From the NCBI GenBank assembly GCA_038046645.1, contig JBBSVU010000017.1, forward strand, positions 1-52,038: 52,038 bases of DNA, in the 5' to 3' direction. Positions within the stretch are counted from its first letter, which is position 1; each line of letters opens with the position of its first letter. Positions 49,487 through 52,038 of the stretch are shown one piece after another. The stretch is from an archaeon. GTDB taxonomy: Archaea > Iainarchaeota > Iainarchaeia > Iainarchaeales > 0-14-0-20-34-12. The position numbers and the translations under genes are program-made. Below the pieces are notes generated by a model. It did not search any database and was not told the DNA's origin. It saw only the letters and a list, made by a program, of their open reading frames with translations.

Positions 49487-49602
49487 TTTTTGGGCATTCC
49501 ACTTTTTCAGGACAGGGTGTCGAATAAGTAGCAATAACTGAATAATTTAATGATTTGAAAATATATATTTATAGATGTTCGACACCCTGTGGAAGCCCAA
49601 AA
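49487..49602. repeat. long imperfect inverted repeat
   Basis: acagggtgtcgaa / ttcgacaccctgt plus outer ttttgggc(a)ttccac / gtggaagcccaaaa. Confidence 0.75.
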
Positions 49603-49653
49603 TGAAAATTTTTCTTTATTTTTTTGCGGAAACCAATTTTAATGATTTCCTAT

Positions 49654-49782
49654 TCACTTCGCCCTCTCCTTGAGATGTTTCTTCTTTCTTTTTTTTCTGC
49701 GCATTTTTTTCTTGTGCCATTTCCATCTCTGTTGGGCCTTGGTTTTTTTAAATCTTGAACTGTCTTTTGCCCTTGTACTCAT
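49654..49782 (-). CDS. rpl41e: ribosomal protein eL41/eS32-like (42 aa; absent from the ORF track)
   Basis: MSTRAKDSSRFKKTKAQQRWKWHKKKMRRKKRKKKHLKERAK with RWKW signature; GGTGA SD. Confidence 0.8.
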   Translation of the reverse strand: MSTRAKDSSRFKKTKAQQRWKWHKKKMRRKKRKKKHLKERAK

Positions 49783-49907
49783 TAAATCACCAAAAAATAT
49801 TACTTAATAGAATGCAATTGTATTTTTAAATCAATTGCGTGCGCTTTTGATTTTTGATTAATAAAATAAAAAAGAATTAGAAATTAAAAATAAAAAAGAA
49901 AAAGTGG

Positions 49908-50309
49908 TTAAGAGAAGCACCAGTATGATGTGCAGTACATTGGTGCTGGTGTGTAAACATAGTATTGATACATATAAGGCTCAATTATTGGCCTTCCGTA
50001 ATAATATGGTGTTGCAATCCCTGCAAATCCCCCATAAGTGTAGTAATTTGCCCCGTAATATGTTGGGTAATATCCGCCATAACCATATGCTGGCAATGTT
50101 GGATACATGTAAGGGCTTCCGGTATATGCGTATGAGCTTGAATTATACCCTACTGTCAAATAATCAGCATAGTATATATCGTTTCCAGGGCTTGGGCTCC
50201 ATCCGCCAGTACTGACAACGAAACTGTATGCTGTCGCATTCAAACTTAAAAAAACAAAAGACATCAAAACCAATAAAATTTTTGTCATCTTCATATTATA
50301 ATACTGCAC
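49908..50309 (-). CDS. secreted Tyr/Gly/Pro-rich low-complexity protein
   Basis: Signal peptide MTKILLVLMSFVFLSLNATA followed by a Tyr-rich mature part; true start may be an internal ATG. Confidence 0.65.
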   Translation of the reverse strand: MQYYNMKMTKILLVLMSFVFLSLNATAYSFVVSTGGWSPSPGNDIYYADYLTVGYNSSSYAYTGSPYMYPTLPAYGYGGYYPTYYGANYYTYGGFAGIATPYYYGRPIIEPYMYQYYVYTPAPMYCTSYWCFS

Positions 50310-50449
50310 AAGGTTCTATTTAAATGTTTCTTTTTCACGTTATAAAGTTAAATATGGATAATTTAGCCCAAAAAGGCATTTTGCTGAAGATTTAACCTGC
50401 TTTTATAAGATATAAAAGAAATAGTATTAGGAAGAAGTCTTTAATTGTT

Positions 50450-50572
50450 TTACTTCTTCTCTAATAATTGTTTTATGTCTACCAACAACTGAATTTCTTT
50501 CTCAGATGTTTCATTCAATCTTTTCATTTGCCTTTGCAGCATCTCCATCTGCATTGTATCCTGTAAGGACAT
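50450..50572 (-). CDS. 40-aa small protein, coiled-coil-like (absent from the ORF track)
   Basis: MSLQDTMQMEMLQRQMKRLNETSEKEIQLLVDIKQLLEKK; GGGGTGA SD 6 nt upstream; TTTTAAATA box upstream. Confidence 0.55.
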   Translation of the reverse strand: MSLQDTMQMEMLQRQMKRLNETSEKEIQLLVDIKQLLEKK

Positions 50573-50731
50573 TTAGTTATCACCCCTAAAAAAGAAAAAC
50601 TGCCCTTTGAAATTTGAATTTTCTCGAATTTTTTTTGCTTTACTATATTATTCCTGATGTATTTAAAAACCAATTACTTTTTATGTAAAAATCTTTTTGG
50701 AATTTTGGATAAAACCCAATTTTGCCCGTGT

Positions 50732-51433
50732 TCAGAAGAATATTCTTATCAGCAGCAAAAGAATTACCATATTCCCAAAATCTGCAACCGATGTGGCAAT
50801 TGGAATCAAAAAATTATTGGGGTCTTCTCCCTTCTTGTAAAAATACATTCCGGCAATGATTGCAACAATGAATAAAATGCATACGAGCAGCACGACATCC
50901 AGCAGAGTTATGGCTAGAATTTTTATGGCAATTTGCATGCTTGTGGCATAATTTGAAAAATTTGAAATTATTAACGCTGCACCTGCACTCAGGATGGCCA
51001 TTGTTATTGCTACGGCAATAATTTGGACAAATAACTCTTGCACATCCTTGTCTTTCCACGGATTTTTGCCAACCTTTCCTTCATGCAGCATTGTTGAAAA
51101 CCTTGAGGATATGATTGTCCCATAGTCACCAATCATGTCATTTAATGTTGGAAGTAAAATCACCAGGGGAATGATTGAAACAAAAACAGTTTTTATGTTT
51201 TCAATTGCAAAACCCCCAAAAGAACTTATGATTGATGCAAAAACCAGTATCTTTATGCTTTCTTTAATTATGGTTTTTGTTGCATTTGAATGCGGTCCAT
51301 ATTCTTTTACATAGAAAAGCGTTTTTCTCGAAATTTTATGTTCTTTGTGAATTTGATGCAATAAGGGATGGTGTTTATATCTCTTTATTTTTTGAATCTG
51401 CTCAAGATGTTCCTGCTTTATGGTATGAGTCAT
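50732..51433 (-). CDS. MgtE/SLC41 integral-membrane domain protein (second half)
   Basis: LLP.LNDMIG.YG.IISSR and DPNNFLIPIATSVAD motifs. Confidence 0.85.
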   Translation of the reverse strand: MTHTIKQEHLEQIQKIKRYKHHPLLHQIHKEHKISRKTLFYVKEYGPHSNATKTIIKESIKILVFASIISSFGGFAIENIKTVFVSIIPLVILLPTLNDMIGDYGTIISSRFSTMLHEGKVGKNPWKDKDVQELFVQIIAVAITMAILSAGAALIISNFSNYATSMQIAIKILAITLLDVVLLVCILFIVAIIAGMYFYKKGEDPNNFLIPIATSVADFGNMVILLLLIRIFF

Positions 51434-51972
51434 ATTAACACCAACGCTATTAGTAATGCCAAAACACTAGTAACATCCCCGGTTGATGTAACAAAAGGCC
51501 CCATTATATTATCTGGATCATGCCCTTTTCTGAAAAAATAAAATGTGCTGAAGATTGTCAATGGAATTTCAATTGCATTTGCAATTATCCCCGCAATGAC
51601 CGGTATCCAAATTATTTTTGGCAGAAAAATTCCCATTGCAAAATAATTAAATCCAAAAGCAACTATCCCTAAAACAAGAGAAATAAAAATTGCCAGTAAA
51701 AAGGAAGCCCAGATATTTTGCCTAATTATTCTTGTATTTATTTTATTTTGGTCAATTACTTTCAGGAATAATCCCGAAGTAATTCTTGATGCTAATGTGC
51801 CAGAAATATTTCCACGCATTTCTAAGAAACCCGGCAATAAGATTAACATGCCCGGAATAAGAAGAATTTTATCAGTATAAATTGCCAGGATTGTCCCTGC
51901 AATCAAGCCGCCGAAAATTGAGATTAATTGCGCTGAAAATATTTCCTTGAATTTTGAATTGAAAATTGGCAT
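51430..51972 (-). CDS. MgtE/SLC41 integral-membrane domain protein (first half)
   Basis: PGFLEMRGNISGTLASR and DPDNIMGPFVTSTGD motifs. Confidence 0.87.
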   Translation of the reverse strand: MPIFNSKFKEIFSAQLISIFGGLIAGTILAIYTDKILLIPGMLILLPGFLEMRGNISGTLASRITSGLFLKVIDQNKINTRIIRQNIWASFLLAIFISLVLGIVAFGFNYFAMGIFLPKIIWIPVIAGIIANAIEIPLTIFSTFYFFRKGHDPDNIMGPFVTSTGDVTSVLALLIALVLI

Positions 51973-52038
51973 ATTTAGTTAAATAATGTCGTTGAAGGAT
52001 AAAAAGGTTTCTGGAAACAGAAAATTGTGCCCCGAACG

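Overview
AT-rich archaeal genomic window. The 16S/23S/5S rRNA, histone, aIF5A, eL42 (L44e), AglB, form III RuBisCO and GGTGA-type Shine-Dalgarno sites mark it as archaeal, and the divergent rRNA suggests a DPANN lineage (Diapherotrites/Iainarchaeota-like; inference). It contains a hypusine/polyamine locus, a large nucleotide-sugar and N-glycosylation cluster (Alg7-, Alg14- and Alg13-like genes plus AglB), SpeD and a SpeD-SpeE fusion, a split Hef helicase/nuclease, two putative toxin-antitoxin pairs, riboflavin genes, a 16S-tRNA-Ala-23S operon with BHB processing stems, an unlinked 5S rRNA and four tRNAs (two with introns). The most unusual signals are: (1) two free-standing HTH-LAGLIDADG genes sharing a 21/22-identical upstream DNA motif and looking like inserted cassettes; (2) scattered orphan genes with Arg/Lys/Pro-rich N-terminal leaders fused to effector-like domains (an intact GGDEF and three kinase-like folds, two with a catalytic Asp->His swap); (3) a dispersed pyrimidine/purine tri-loop hairpin family flanking tRNAs and inside both tRNA introns; (4) a strongly divergent 23S peptidyl-transferase centre. 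All calls come from manual motif recognition; no searches were run.
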